From the NCBI GenBank assembly GCA_965287045.1, contig OZ336885.1, positions 36,208,001-36,272,000 of the forward strand: 64,000 nucleotides of DNA. Direction: 5' to 3'. The translations under genes and the position numbers were made by a program. This DNA is from Carcharhinus amblyrhynchos (taxonomy: Eukaryota). The notes under the pieces were generated by a model that saw only the letters and a list, made by a program, of their open reading frames with translations, searched no databases and had not been told where the DNA came from. Below, piece after piece: positions 27,100 to 40,935 of this stretch (position 1 is the stretch's first letter; the number at the start of each line of letters is the position of its first letter).

Positions 27100-28740
27100 A
27101 CTGTTACTAATATATGGAGTTAACATTAAGGAAAGAGGCTTATAAATATTGCTAAACAAAAGTAGCAAGCCTAAGGATTGGATTTTAGAATTCAGCAAGG
27201 GGGAATGAATCAACAAGTTGAGGAAAGAGAATGAGTAGATTAATGAGAGACGTAAAAAAAAGTAAACGTTTTAAAAAGGAGAAATCCGACAATATTGGCA
27301 AAAGCAAAGATCATATAGACAATGCGTAGTGTGAAAACTGAAAAGGGAAAGGCTAGCTATGCTTAGGTAGAGATAAGTCACCTGCTCCTTGATGGTTTGC
27401 ATTCCAGGATGTTATGGGAAGTGGAGATGGCAGAAGGGCTTGCCTGAACCGTTCAATCTTCCCTAGATATGGAGGGGTTGCCAAAATATTGGAGAGTGGT
27501 AACTGTGACACATTTATTCAAGAAAAGGTGCAAGACAGTCCTAGCAACTACCTTGAGTGGTGGGTAAAGTTTTGAAATCTTTAACCAGGAAGAAAAATCA
27601 ACAGGCATTGGTATATAAATATGAAGGAATTAGTTATTTAATGAGAATTAGCATAGATTTGTGAAAGGCAAACTGCGCTTGACTAACTTGATTGAATTTT
27701 TTGCTGAAGTAACAGAAGATTGATGAAGGACATGTGAACGTTATCCACAGAGATTTTAAGAAAATGTTTGACAAGGTATAACATAAAAATCTGGTTAACA
27801 AAACTGAGGCTTATAGAATGGGAAGGCCACTGTCCAACTGGATTTTAAAAAAAGGCTCAAGGGCAAAAAGCAGCGAGTTGTAATTGATGGCTACCATTCA
27901 AATTGGAGAGTGGCAGACATTGGTGTTCTCTGAAGTATGGTGCCAGTACCAATTTTTGCACTTTGGAATATGGAGCAAAATTTCAACATTTGCCTATGAT
28001 ATCAAATTTGGAAGAGTGGCCAACAGTGAGGATGATACAAATTGTCTGCAACATGACATAGACAGGTTACCAGAATTGACAAACAGAACGTAATATAGAG
28101 AAATGTGATGTGATGCATGTTAGGAAAAGGGATGGGAGAGGCAATATAGGGCTGCATAAATAGTGGCAGTATAAAAGCAGGTAAGTTATGCTAAACCTAC
28201 ATAAAGCTCTGGTTAGACCAAAAACGGATTACTTCATCTAGTTCTGACGATCATACTTTAGAAAAGCTGTGAAGTTCCTCCAGAGGGGGCAGAGGAGGAA
28301 TTACCAGAATGGTTCCAAGGGGGAATTTTAGTTAAAAGGTTAGGTTCGAAATGCTGGCATTGTTTGCCTTGCAGCAAATGAGATTATGGGATGATTTGAC
28401 AAAGCTGCACAAGATTACAAGCGGTATACATAAGTAAATAAAGACAGACTTCCCATTAGCTGATGTACAAGGGTTAAGGGGGTGCAAATTTAAAATTTTG
28501 GGCAAGAGATGCAGGGGAATGAGAGGAAGATCTTTTCTAATGTAGAGACAGATAACGACCTGGAACACACTGCCCACAAGGGTGGTGGATGCAAAAACAA
28601 TGATTTCAAGAAGAAACTGGATGGGCAAGTTGCAGGAAATAAATTTGTAAGGAATAAACTTGCAAGGACTGACTTGGATTGCTCCAAAAAGGGTCAGAAG
28701 CATCCAATAAGCCAAATGGCTTCCTTCTGTAACACAAATG
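27100..28740 (+). mobile_element. Decayed CR1 LINE
   Basis: RT motifs (CLTNLIEFF-, KMFDKV-, FAYDIKFGRVANSEDD...LQHDIDRL) and a CR1 3' end. Confidence 0.85.
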
Positions 28741-29789
28741 ATTCTGTCACTCTATAAGTATATAAATAAGGTATTAATGAAAGTAAACATTGGCCCAATA
28801 CAAGGACAGGCAGGTGAATTTATAGAGGAAAACCAGGAAATGACATGTCAAACAAATGCTTCGTATACACCTTCACTGCAAAAGTCACAAAAATTATTTG
28901 GACATAATGAGGAACCAATGGTTTAGTGAGATTGAAGAACAAGCAGAAATCAGTCCCATTAGTTTCTCCAGTACTAAGGAGGACAAAACTCTTGGACTTA
29001 CATCCTCGCATTTTAAAAAAAGCAGCAAAAGACAGTGGTTGCACTAGTTTAAAGCTTCCAGAACTCCTTAGATTCTCACAGTTCCCAAAGATTGGAAGAA
29101 AGCAAGCATAACCTCACTAGTTAAGAGGGAGCAAGAAAATATGGAACCACTTGGCCAGTTAACCAAATATCAATAGTAGACAAAATGTTAGCATCGATTA
29201 ATAGGGGTGTAGTAACAGGGTACTTAGATAATCATATTGACTTTGCTTAATCACATCAAGCTATTTATGAAATGAAACATTTGATAAATTTGTAAATAGT
29301 TTTTTTTGAGGATGCAACCACATCAAGTCCGTGCTTTAAGTTCAAGCCATTTCAATTTAACAGTGTGCTTTTCATGGGGTCAGTAGTTATAATTAATATT
29401 GTGGATTTTCATCAACATTGTTTCATACCTGGTATGAAACAGAGACTTGTGACCATAGCATCATTTTGGAGCAGCCCCTATTGCACTCATGACCCTCCCC
29501 AGCTGGTCATCTCTCCAACTTGGGAATATCTCCGCAATTTAAAGCTGCTCTTTCTGTAGGTTAATCCTGCCTCGTGCCATTCACCTCCCGAGCTGCTTGA
29601 GGGTTCAGGAGAGGAAAGAGGCAAATGCTGGCAGGATCAATGTTGAGCAGCAGATCAAGGAACAGAAGGGGGGGGGGGCAAGGAGGGATCTGTGGAAGTG
29701 TCAGAGAGTAGGCAGCAAGTAGAAATTGTTAGCATATTTCTTTAGTATTTTAAATTTATTTTTAAAGTTATTCAAAAGTTATTTTGGTC

Positions 29790-30440
29790 CAAAGGTCAGT
29801 TTACAGACCTCAAGTATTTAGATGAGGCAACTGAATGCAACATAGCCAATCCAGATAATACAAGGCTAAGTAGGAAAGTAAACAGTGAGGAGAACAGAGA
29901 GGCCACAGATTGGAGTATGAGTAAAGAAGCCTTACTACAATTATATAGGGCATTGGTGAGGCTACACTTGTAGAGCACTTTATGCAGTCTCCTTACCCAA
30001 AAAAGGACATATGTGCCCCAGAGGAAATGCAGAAGGTTCACTAGATTAGTCCCTGGGATGACTGGATTGTTTAATGGAAGAAAGATTGAGTAGATTAGGC
30101 CCACATTTCCTGGAGTTATGAAGAATGAGGGGGTGATCTAATTGAAACATATAAATTATTAGGAACTTGATAGGTCAGATATTGAGAAAACATGTCACCT
30201 AGCTGAAACAGAGTCAGTCTTAGAACAAGACTTTAGCCATTTAAGTGAGTAGAGAATTTTTTTTTACTTAAGGCTTGTGAATCTTTGGAAAACTCTACCT
30301 CAGATCTGTGGATGCTCAGTGGTCAAGTATATTCAAGACAGAGGTTGACAGATTTTTTTGGATATTATGGGATTAGCCAAGATCTTGTTGAATAGCAAAG
30401 CAGGCTTGCAGGGCCTAACTGTCTGTCCAAGCCATGCATG
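29790..30440 (+). mobile_element. CR1 LINE 3' fragment
   Basis: ttatatagggcattggtgagg..., agaatgagggggtgatctaattgaaac, ttcaagacagaggttgacagattt. Confidence 0.75.
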
Positions 30441-30828
30441 TTCCTTCAACATCATATCCCATTTGCTTTGGAAACTAATACTTGAAAAAACCCATTAAGT
30501 ACATTTAGCAATAGTAAGAAAACTGGCATGACATATGAAGGGCAGCTAACTCCCATTGCTTAACACTATATATAATCTGCACTCCATCACAGAATTAATC
30601 GCAAAATATTTCAAACCGGCAGCACCGCTGCAGATCTGCTCATGATTCAAGTTTCAATGAATCACATCACTAATTACAGTTAAAAGGAATTAGTTAAGAG
30701 GTATGCATAATGGATGAATGAATAGTAAGAATCTTTTTTAACCAATGAAGCTAGTTAGATACAACTCTGAATGAAGCATTAAAGAAATTGAAAATAAGAA
30801 TCAACAAGTGCACAGAAAATAAACTAAC

Positions 30829-30921
30829 CTGTAGCTTTGTAGATGAAGGGTCCCAAAGTGAGACATCGTCCCATGTAGTGTTCTTCAGGTAAAAGTCATT
30901 TGGTTCAAACTGTTTGAAATC
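30829..30921 (-). CDS. ADNP: ADNP second coding exon
   Basis: ttccag|GAT...CAG|gttagt, 93 nt; [31 protein letters not shown]. Confidence 0.96.
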
Positions 30922-31129
30922 CTGGAAGAACGGTTTACTTGTATGAATGAATCATTTTTAAAAATGATACAATATCTGTAGTCATAGCTTTAAATGAAAA
31001 AAGTTTCATGGAAACTTTGTACTTCAGTAATAACTTCTAAATTTCTCTCCTCCAGAGGAAAAATTTCTTTCCTCTCCTCCCAAAAATTATAAAATCACAA
31101 TCACTTAAAATAGGTTGAGTGGCTACATA

Positions 31130-31760
31130 GACACACAGAAGCAGGAGTAGGCCATTCGACCCTTCGAGTCTCCTCCGCCATTCATTTTGATCATGACTGA
31201 TCATCAAATTCAATATCCTGATCACCCCTTCCCTGCATATCCCTCCAACTCCAAGACAGGCATCTAATTTCTTGAAATCAGACAATGCTTTGGCCCCAAC
31301 GGTCTGTGGTAATGAATTCCACACATTGACCACCCTCTGGGTGAAGAAATTTCTTCTCACCTCAATTCTAAAAGATTTACCCCTTATTCTCAAACTATGA
31401 CCCTGAGTTTTGGAATCAGTCGCCATTGGGAACATTCTTTTTGAATCTACCTGTCTAACCTTGTTAGAATTCTTTCAGTTTCTATGAGATTCCCTCTCAC
31501 TTTTAAACTCCAGTGAACATAATCCTAACTGACTTTGTCTCTCCTCATATGACAGACCTGCCATCCTGAGAATCAACCTGGTAAAACTTTGCTGTGCTCC
31601 CTCTAAAGCGAGGACATTCTCAGGTAAGTACACCAAAACTGCACACAATACTCAGATGTGGTCTCATAGCCTATACAATTTCAGCAAAACATCTGTATCC
31701 TTAAATCCTCTTGCTATGCTGGCCAACATACCATTCGCCTTCTTTACTGCCTGCTGCATC
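31130..31760 (-). mobile_element. CR1 LINE 3' fragment
   Basis: GHSLRIRGKSFRIEVRRNFFTQRVVNVWNSLPQ. Confidence 0.88.
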
Positions 31761-31802
31761 ATTACAGCAACTGAAATGGCTACAAGCAGCTACATGTCAC
31801 AA

Positions 31803-32689
31803 TCTATCAATGATACTTAGTTTTTGTCTATCCAGACTGTGTTGATTGATGAGTTGAAGGGGTGGTTCTGTTGAGTTTATTTGATGGGCAGTGTCTGGCA
31901 TACATACAGCAACATGAAGGACTGCAGCGTGTGATGCATGGGCCGCTGGCAAAAGTTGGGATAGTGGTGCATTGGGGGCTGTTGGAGAAAAAAAGACAAT
32001 ATGAGCCGAACAAGTTACCCTGATTGGAGAGAGTGACTCCAGGAGGGGCAGATGAGTTGATACAATTGGTTAATGTGGCATAATAGTGTCTCTTTGCTGC
32101 AACTTATTATTCAAAAACTATAGAAAAGTGGTTAGGCAAATTAAAATTACCTCAGCATTAACTCTGTAGACAAAATGATGATAATAGTCTTGACCCTCCA
32201 AAATTTCAACACAGTCGAATGGGCATACCCTATATAAACAGACTCAAGGAAGGGGCAATTATAATGTGGCTACAGAACTTGAATCCTGTACAAGGACTTT
32301 GCTATTGAACAAGATTGGTAGTTAGGAAGGGTTTTCTTTTACTATAGATGCCAAAATTATAGAAGTTTGATTCCAACAAAAATATTTATTCCTCAGATTA
32401 TTGAGTCCAGCAAATATAACTTATCCTTTAATAGGAGAAAATAGTTCACATTTAGAACTTTCACATACTATGCCTTCTAAACAAGACAAAAAGCCAGATT
32501 CTGAATAAATTTTGTATTTCTATCCCACATCTGTATTTATACGTGTGGAGTGTTATGTAACTTTTTCCAGAAATAGAAGTTTTGATTCTGCTGAAGTGGT
32601 GGAAGAATAACTAGAAATCCTGTATTTATAGAAGCACTGCTTCAATCAAGATACTCATCGGACTGCAAATGCTTTGTGGGCCTTGCTAG
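31803..32689 (+). mobile_element. Internally deleted Helitron with decayed PIF1-helicase C-terminus
   Basis: LKEGAIIMWLQNLNPVQGLCY*TRLVV, NKTKSQILNKFC, CYVTFSRNRS, TRNPVFIEAL; 3' hairpin then CTAG|T; candidate 5' end A|TCTATC. Confidence 0.75.
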
Positions 32690-33699
32690 TAAACTTCAGA
32701 ATAGTGTAGTTTTGCTCTAAAATAGTCAGTAAATTCTTTAAAGTGCACGTTCAAATCAGCAATGAGTTCAAAATTTGACCGTTGGGTTCAGAGGATAAAA
32801 ATGAAAGATGCTCAACTGGGTAGCTGTCCTGCAAAAATTTCCCACATAAAATTACTGAGAACATTCCATACTCAAAATTAAAAGGAGCATATCCTCCTGC
32901 TGAAATCGAGTCCCATGCATTCCAGGTTAGCTTATCCTCACTCAACTGAGGAAAAACACTTAGCCTAGAGTCAAAATATATTGCACCCAAATGACTAGGT
33001 ACAAATATTTCCACCAGATACCAAAATCAGTTGTGTGATTAAGTACTACTGCCACTTTCCCCCAATTATTATCCTTGGTTTGGGTTCAATTAGCACAAAC
33101 AATTTTTTGAGAGAAAAAAGACTCGAGCCAAACCTACAAAACTATACCTTCAATGAAACTGGAAATTATCATTTTTAAAACTGTAGGTTTTTAACATTTG
33201 CATACCCATCTAAATTTACAGAAAGAACTTGAGCCAATTCTTGTAAAACATGTTTGAGTGTATGGTTTTCTTAAAATTCCAAAACAAAAACAAACTAATT
33301 TTCAAATACAACTGAATCTGTCTTATATAGTCTAGAACTGACTGATGAAAATACAAAACATTTGTGCACCTGTATGCATTCAAGTTGCAGATATAAGGAC
33401 ACAGTAATTTGCTAATAAGACAGCAAGGGTTTTCATCTATTTAAAATTACGTAGACAAATCTTTAACTCTGAAAACCTCATAGCACCCAAGAGGCAATTT
33501 CCTCCATAATCATGCAATACATATGTAGTATCAAGATATACAGAGGAAGTGCACCCTTTAACGAACAAATCTAACAGTTTCTTCACAGTAGCTAACTTTG
33601 GCAGCTGCTCTGCAAGACTATTGTTTGGAAGTGATAAACTCTGTTCTGCCGTTACAGATTTGGGCCTCCAAAAATTATCCAAACTTACTGAGGAATACA

Positions 33700-34352
33700 G
33701 GTTGACAGCTCCTTGAAAATGGAGTCATAGGTGGACAGGGTGAAGGCAGCATTTGGCATGCTTAGTTCCACTAGTCAGAACATTGAATACAGAAGTTGGA
33801 ACAACTTGTTGGATTTGTACAAGACATTGGTAGGCCACATTTGGAATGGTGTGTACAGTTCCAGCCACCCTATTATAGAAAGAATATTATTAAACCAGAA
33901 AGAGTGCAGAAAAGATTTACTTGGATGCTACCAGGACTTGATGGTTTGAGTTATAAAGAGAAGCTGGGTAGACTGGGACATTTCTGCCCCTGGAGTGTAG
34001 GATGCTTAGCAGTGACATTATAGGGGTCTACAAAACAATGAGGAGCATAGATAGTCAACATCTTTTCCCAAAGGTAGGGGAGTAGGGGGCATAGGTTTAA
34101 GATGAGAATGGAGAGATGCAAAAGAGTCCAGAGGGACATTTTTTAACAAAAATTGACTCAGACGGTAGTGAGTGTCTCGAATGAGCTGCCAGAGGCAGGT
34201 ACAATTTTGTATTTTGAAAAGCGCAGAGTGTCACATGGGTAAGATGAGTATAGAGGGATATGGACCAACTGCAGGCAATTTGGACTTAGTGATTAAAAAC
34301 TGGGCTGCATGGGCTGAAGGGCCTGTTTTCGTGTTGTAAACCTCTATGACTC
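33700..34352 (+). mobile_element. CR1 LINE 3' fragment
   Basis: RPHLEWCVQFQPPYYRKNIIKPERVQKRFTWMLPGL. Confidence 0.88.
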
Positions 34353-34440
34353 ATTGCCTTTTAAAGGTAGCAAAACCCCTCAGTATGTGATGAATTTGAA
34401 TCAGTTTTTTCTCCTCCAAAAACAAGGATTTTCTACTTAC

Positions 34441-34548
34441 CTCTATATGATCTTTACAATAATCCAAACCAATATCCGTAAGGATTTTTTTCACTGTTTT
34501 ACGAGCCTTTCTTAGATTTGCAAGGTTGTTGACAGGAAGCTGGTACAT
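34441..34548 (-). CDS. ADNP: ADNP first coding exon (exon begins at 34553 with 5 nt of UTR)
   Basis: cag|aaactATG; [36 protein letters not shown]|gtaagt, 108 coding nt. Confidence 0.96.
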
Positions 34549-36954
34549 AGTTTCTGTTTGGGACAAAAAGGCATATATATTTTCAACATACAATTAGCAT
34601 GATAGGACTTAACAGAGCATGCTTAAACATTACAAAAGGCAAATAAAAATTATGTATGGGTAAAGACAATACTCAGATTACTTACATGTGTAATTTATTT
34701 TGCACAGTTTCTGTTTTTTACAACTTCCTGACCACCATTCTCCTCCAACATCAGTTATTTCAAAGAATTAACGGATTCAAGTACTACCAAGCTGCACACT
34801 AGTGCCAGGTCAGTTCAGTTCACTTGCAATTTGATCAAAATTGAAAGTAAGGTGGGTTGGGAGCAAAAACGTATACAATACAAATGCTTAATGGTACTTC
34901 AATGCAGATGAAGCAAGCTATGATATCACAATTGCATGTTATGGAATACTTTTCCACCTTTTGGTACATCTGAAGGACACTGACAACCAATACTTAAGTG
35001 ACATAAATTGATGAACAATTTATGCCTATGATTCAATAGCATGTCTAATTTTTTCACCTCAGTTATACTGTTGCGATGAAGTGCTAAGCACAGGTCATCT
35101 TTTTCATGAAAAGCCAAGAAAGTCATCAATGATCTGCTACACATTAAGTGAGTGATTCACAGCAGCAATAGCAGAACATTGAGAGCAGGAGCCCACCACT
35201 GCCCAATAAATTGTGTTGTGGCACATGGAGTATTGGATACATGGAATAGATTCTCAAGGAAAACAAGAAAAAAAAAAATTATGCTTTCAATTAACTGAAT
35301 TCAAAATAACGGGACAAGCATCCATTAAAAATTGAGGTTGGAGACTTTAGGATTATCTGCAATCTGATATGGTAGAAACGCTACAGGAAGCAATGGTTTC
35401 TAATGCTGCTGTAACTCAGCTGCTGTTAACTTCAGTGGTGGAGATATATGGATGGATGAATATTCTGGAGTTTTGTTTGATTACCTCTTGGAATGAGGGA
35501 ATATTTATGCAGAACTTTCTCTCAGGAGACTAAATAGGTGGGGTAGAATCCATGATAGGGCAGATTGTGTATGGTCTGTGGAGGAAGCGAGCTTGATGGA
35601 CCAAATAGCCTTTTCTTGTTCCATGCTTTACGTTCTCATGTACACTTTCATCAAAAACGCTATCATTGCAAAACAAAGAACACACTTCAAGTGATGTGAC
35701 CAGATAGAATCTCATAGCATTCAATTAACCTCAATTTTCAGCTTCATTATAGCAAAACAAAACATTGCAGCATCAGGCAAACTGGAGATTAGTCAGAAAT
35801 TAATTATCTTGCTGTAAGTTTTAATAAACTTGGCTGCTAGCTTGTAAAATAAACACAATTCTAGCCATTTACCTACCTTTAAAATAACCAATTCAAGGAT
35901 AGGTCATAAAATGTTAAGTAAAATAAAACCTAGCATCATTGATGCAATTCAGAAACTAAACGTACATATTCGAAATAACCCAAATCTGTTCATACCTCTA
36001 ATTGTGATTGCTGTATTACCTCATTCCCTCACTAATCAGCTCTAGACGCAAAGAATTCAGTGTACTCCAGTTTAGCATGCCTTAGCACCTAACTGTGCAA
36101 CCCCAAGGACTCAAATATCAATTCTACCTGTGTTAAAATTCTGTACATACTAATTGTCCTATTTGAATTTTGTGGACTTTGAGGTTTTGAAACGTCTACG
36201 GTTAGCACTGCTGTTTTGTGGGTGAATACATCTCAAAATGATAAATTAGTATAAAGACCACAAACTATATGTTAATTAAAAGACATTACATTTTATCCAG
36301 CTTCTGAGGCTCTATGGTACATGCTTTGGAGTCCTGTGTTAGCATACAGAATGGCATCTAACATTCATGGATTAGGAAGGAAGGGAAAAACTGATTAAGG
36401 ACAGCAGTAAAAAAAAATACACAATAGAAAAAGCATTTTCAAATTCTGGAGAATACTGTTCTCAAACATTATATCTTTTCTGTACAACAGATAGTTCTGC
36501 ACTTCTAAATTAATTTAAATCTGCATGAAAGAGTTTTGTTAATGTTTAAAATGTATTCATTATAGCAAAGCTACCACTGGAAACTGAAATACACAATTCA
36601 GACCTGAACAGGTTTTATTCTAGTTGTGTCGAATGAGTTGATGCAAGTGTCCCTCTTACAACGTATGGATGTTAACCAGAATGAAATTGGCCTGACAAAA
36701 TTCATTGTGTAGATTTGTGCATGAAAATCATTTTGCTGAGGTAGCACAGAAATATCACTACCTTTGAAACTAAATGAAATGTAAGCATTTTCAGGAGATA
36801 AGAGGAAAAGTTAGGAAATGTAAAATAAAATGTGGGAGGGGGAAACAATGGCAAAGCAGCATATTTATTAAAAATTACATAAAACATACCAAGTGTGGAC
36901 CAAGTGACATAGTAGTAGAATTTTCCCCTCCCTCCTAGAAATACAAGTAAAGTT

Positions 36955-37190
36955 GCCATTGTCCCAGATGATTATAGGCTGCTCTGCCCTTTGGGGCTAG
37001 GGCTGGGGGGTGGGGGACTGACTGACTGATGGTGATTTGCCTGAGGTGTGGTGACCCTCAGGATAAAGGGCAAGGGTGAGAAGGTAGGGCCTTCATAATT
37101 GCAGCCAGGACAGGAATTGAACCTACGCTGCACTGTTAGTATCACTCTGCCCCACAAACCAGCCATCGAGTCAACTGAGTTAAACCAATT
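36955..37190 (-). mobile_element. tRNA-derived SINE-like element
   Basis: The reverse strand carries A-box-like (ggtttaactcagttgact) and B-box-like (ggttcaattcct) motifs. Confidence 0.5.
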
Positions 37191-37357
37191 TCCCTCATAA
37201 ACCTTCTATATCCTAGAAATATAAAGCACTTATCAACGCTCATAAGAAAATGATTAAAGTTTACTAAATTTAAAATCAAATCGTGCACCAAATAAAATCA
37301 CTGGTATACATTGTTCAGAATCAGATTTAGCAACCTGGCTAAAATCAAAGAAGAAAA

Positions 37358-38935
37358 TTACAGCACAGAAACAGACCCTTTAGCCCTCCAAGCCTGCACC
37401 AACTGTGCTGCCTGACTTAACTAATATCCCCTATGCTTCAGGGGACCTTATCCCTCTATTCCCATCTCATTCATGTACTTGTCAAGACACCCCTTGAAAG
37501 TCACTACGTATCTGCTTCCACTACCTCCCCCGGTAAAGAGTTCTGTGTAAAAAAATCTGCCTCGTAAATCTCTTAAAACTTGCCCCTTAAACCTATGCCC
37601 CCTAGTAACTGACTCTTCCACCCTGGGAAAAAGCTTCTGACTATCCACTCTGTCCATGCCTCTCATAATCTTGTAGACTTCTATCAGGTCTCCCCTCAGC
37701 CTCCATCACTCCAGTGAGAATAAACCAAATCTCTCCAACCTCTCCTCATAGCAATGCCCTCCATACCAGGCAACATCCCAGTAAATCTTTTCTGTACCCT
37801 CTCCAAAGCCTCCACATCCTTCTGGTTGTGTGGTGACCAGAATTGAACACCATATTCTAAGTGCGGCCTCACTAAGGTTCTATAAAGCATCAGCATGACT
37901 TGCCAATTTTTAAACTCAATACCCTGGCCAAAGAAGGCAAGCATGCCGTATGCCTTGACTACCTGCATTGCCATTGTACGCCCAGATCGCTTTGCCTATC
38001 AATACTCCTAAGGGTTCTGCTATTTACTGTGCATTTCTCATTTGTATTACACCTTCCAAAATGCATTACCTCACATTTGTCCAGATTAAACTCCACCTGT
38101 TATCTCTCTGCCCAAGTCTCCAACTGATCCATATCCTACTGTATCCTCTGATGGTCCTCATCGCTATCCACAAATTCACCAACCTTTGTGTTATCAGCAA
38201 ACCTACTAATCAATCCAGTTACATTTTCCTCCAAATCATTTATATATATTACAAACAGCAAAGGTCCCAGCACTGATCCTTGAAGAACATCACTTGTCAT
38301 AGCCCTCCATTCAGAAACGCGCCATTGCACCTCTATCCTCTGTCTTCTTTGACCGAACCAGTTTTGTATCCACCTTGCCAGCTCACCTCTGATCCCATGC
38401 GACTTTACCTTCTGCACCAGTCTGCCATGAGGGACCTTGTCAAAGGCCTTACTGAAGTCCATGTAGACAACATCCACTGCCCTACCCTCATTAATCATCT
38501 TCGTCACTTCCTCGAAAAACTCAATCACAAAACCAAGTTGCCTCTCACTAATATATCCACTTATTTCCAAGTGGGAATAAATCCTGTCTCGAAGAATCCT
38601 CTCCAATAATTTCCCTACCACTGATGTAAGGCTCACTGGCCTGTAATTACCTGGATTTTTTCTGCTACCCTTCTTAAACAAAGGAACAACATTGGCTACT
38701 CTCAAATCCCATGGGACCTTCCCTTTGGCCAGTGAGGATACAAAGATTTCTGTCAAGGCCCCAGCAATTTCCTCTCTTGCCTCTCTCAGTATTCTGGGGT
38801 ATACCCCATCAGGTCCTGGAGACTTGTCTATCTTTATGTTTTTCAAGAACCCCAATATCTCCTTTTTGATCTCAACATGACTCAAACTATCTACACATCC
38901 TTTCCCAGACTCATCATCCATCAAGTCCTTCTCTT
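37358..38935 (-). mobile_element. CR1 LINE, RT domain to 3' end (frameshifted)
   Basis: 278-aa ORF with KSPGPDGVYPRIL, PGNYRPVSLTSVVGKLLE, YMDFSKAFDKVPH, QGSVLGPLLFVIYINDL, FADNTK. Confidence 0.95.
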
Positions 38936-40329
38936 GATGTGTCACTATGATGTGTTCTGACATATAGGCCACAATGATCCTAGGTTTGATAACGGGACTG
39001 TATGTCAGCTCTCTGATCTCAACAGGGGCAATGTGGATATTTTAATTAGCTTAAGTATTCCAAGCAAGCAAGATTTGGGGGGTGGAGCACTAAAAAGGCA
39101 GGCAACCTTTCCAAGCAGATTCCCCTGTTAGAAAGCATATGTAAAAAGTGCACGAGGATGAATTATAAGTTCCAGTTCAGTTATGATGCTCACCAGTCAA
39201 ATAGTCTGACATTTATGTTACACATAAAGAACAACTACTTTGACAAGATAATGGAGATTGCTATTACTTCAGGAAACATACCACACCATTCCAACAAATA
39301 CTGGAAAATGTTAATACTTTTATGGCAGTTATAGACAGAAAAATGTCTATTACACCAATTTTAAAACCTCACGAAAAGAATAAGGCAAACTTTGAAGCAT
39401 ACATTCAGGACAAGTTTCCTGGAAGTAATCAAGGCTCAAATTTAAGAGGAACCTGAATGCCAATTACATTAAGCTGAGAAGGAAAGCTGTAATTCAACAA
39501 ACATTAATTAATAGGGAATGGCCACAAATCAAAGTTTCAAACTGCAGCTATTGAAGGCATTTAGCTGCTAGAAATTATAGAAGCTTTTCCCACTAATTTG
39601 AAATCATATGCATGCCCGGAGGTCACACACATCAATTGTAGCCTGAAATTAAGAATGCAATATATCTCACCTGAACTTTTGTCCCCAGGTTTAAGAGTTT
39701 GCGGTTGAGGGTATTTCTGTGGGAAATAAAAATACAACTTTTGACTAATACTATTAAACTAAAAGTTGAACTTTCAGATAAGAAACACAAGACTTGAAAA
39801 AAAAGTTACAATGCTTTAGTCTCTGGGGAAATTTAAAATGAGTCCATAACAAATCAAAATTACAATGAGAGAGAGAACACTGGACAACAGCCTTTAAACT
39901 GTAGGTATGAGGAATTAATAAATCAAGTTTGTCTATCAGCTCTAATGCTATGCTGGCCAGACCGAGGATATTTCAGCATATCAAAAATATGCCTCTACTT
40001 TTTCCAAAGATGCATTTTTAGTGACCTTACATGGGATCTAACATGTTACACTGCCATTTTAAAGATCTAGCCTGCGGGATATGATGGTGATATTCACTCA
40101 TCATCTCAGTTGAGTTTCAATACATTAACTAGAAGCCCAGTTGCTCATGAGTATACATGAATTCAAATGGGAGTCAACTGTAGCTCAAGCAATTGCCCTT
40201 TGAAACATGTTTCCAAAGTCCTAACGTGGTGCATTGCTCTTTATAACAGAGTTCTAAGAAATGTAACTAAAGGTTTCATTTGGCCGAAATGAAAGATCCA
40301 GGAAACCATTTGAGGCAAAAAGGTTTCTA

Positions 40330-40935
40330 GTTGCAAAAGGGAAAATACTCTCGCCACATCAATCTATCAGACAGTCAATGATGCAAACAGGTGCATCCCT
40401 ACTATATGGATGGGTTTTTATGGAAGGGAAATTTTTGCACAAATCATTTGATTTTTTAAAGGTTGTAACAAGTAGAATACTAGATGTAATATGCCAGTGG
40501 GCGCAATATGCTTGGGTTCCCAAATGTTTGTAACATTCAAATGGCAAGCATAGAAAGTAAGGGTTCATGGAGCTGGAGGCTTTAGATTAGCATAGACATT
40601 GGATTGATTAAGAGACAGGAAGCAGAAGATGGGGATAAATGGGATATTTTTAATTTGAAAGTCTGTAATAGTGCTGGGGCTTCAGCTATTTACAAACTAT
40701 TCTTGGTCTCAAGCTTGCTGATATAAAGCTTGATAGGAATGTAAGCTGTGGAGGTCAGAGACTGCAAAAAGATAGAGAACAATATGGGGAAGTGAGGTTA
40801 TTCTTTTTAAAGGGCTTGATCTTTATAAATTTGGCTGCTCAGGATGTACTCATACAGGAAGCTTAAAGTTAGCATGCAGGTACAGCAAAGTTATTAGGAA
40901 GGCAAATGGCATTTGACCTTTGCTGCAAGGGGATT
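40330..40935 (+). mobile_element. Old CR1 fragment
   Basis: atcagacagtcaatg...gggaaattt, gtgctggggcttcagctatttac, ttaggaaggcaaatggcat. Confidence 0.6.

Noticed and set aside
38136-38972. 278-aa reverse transcriptase ORF as a functional or domesticated gene
   Set aside because: Truncated CR1 ORF2 with an internal deletion and the catalytic motif altered (FADN instead of FADD)
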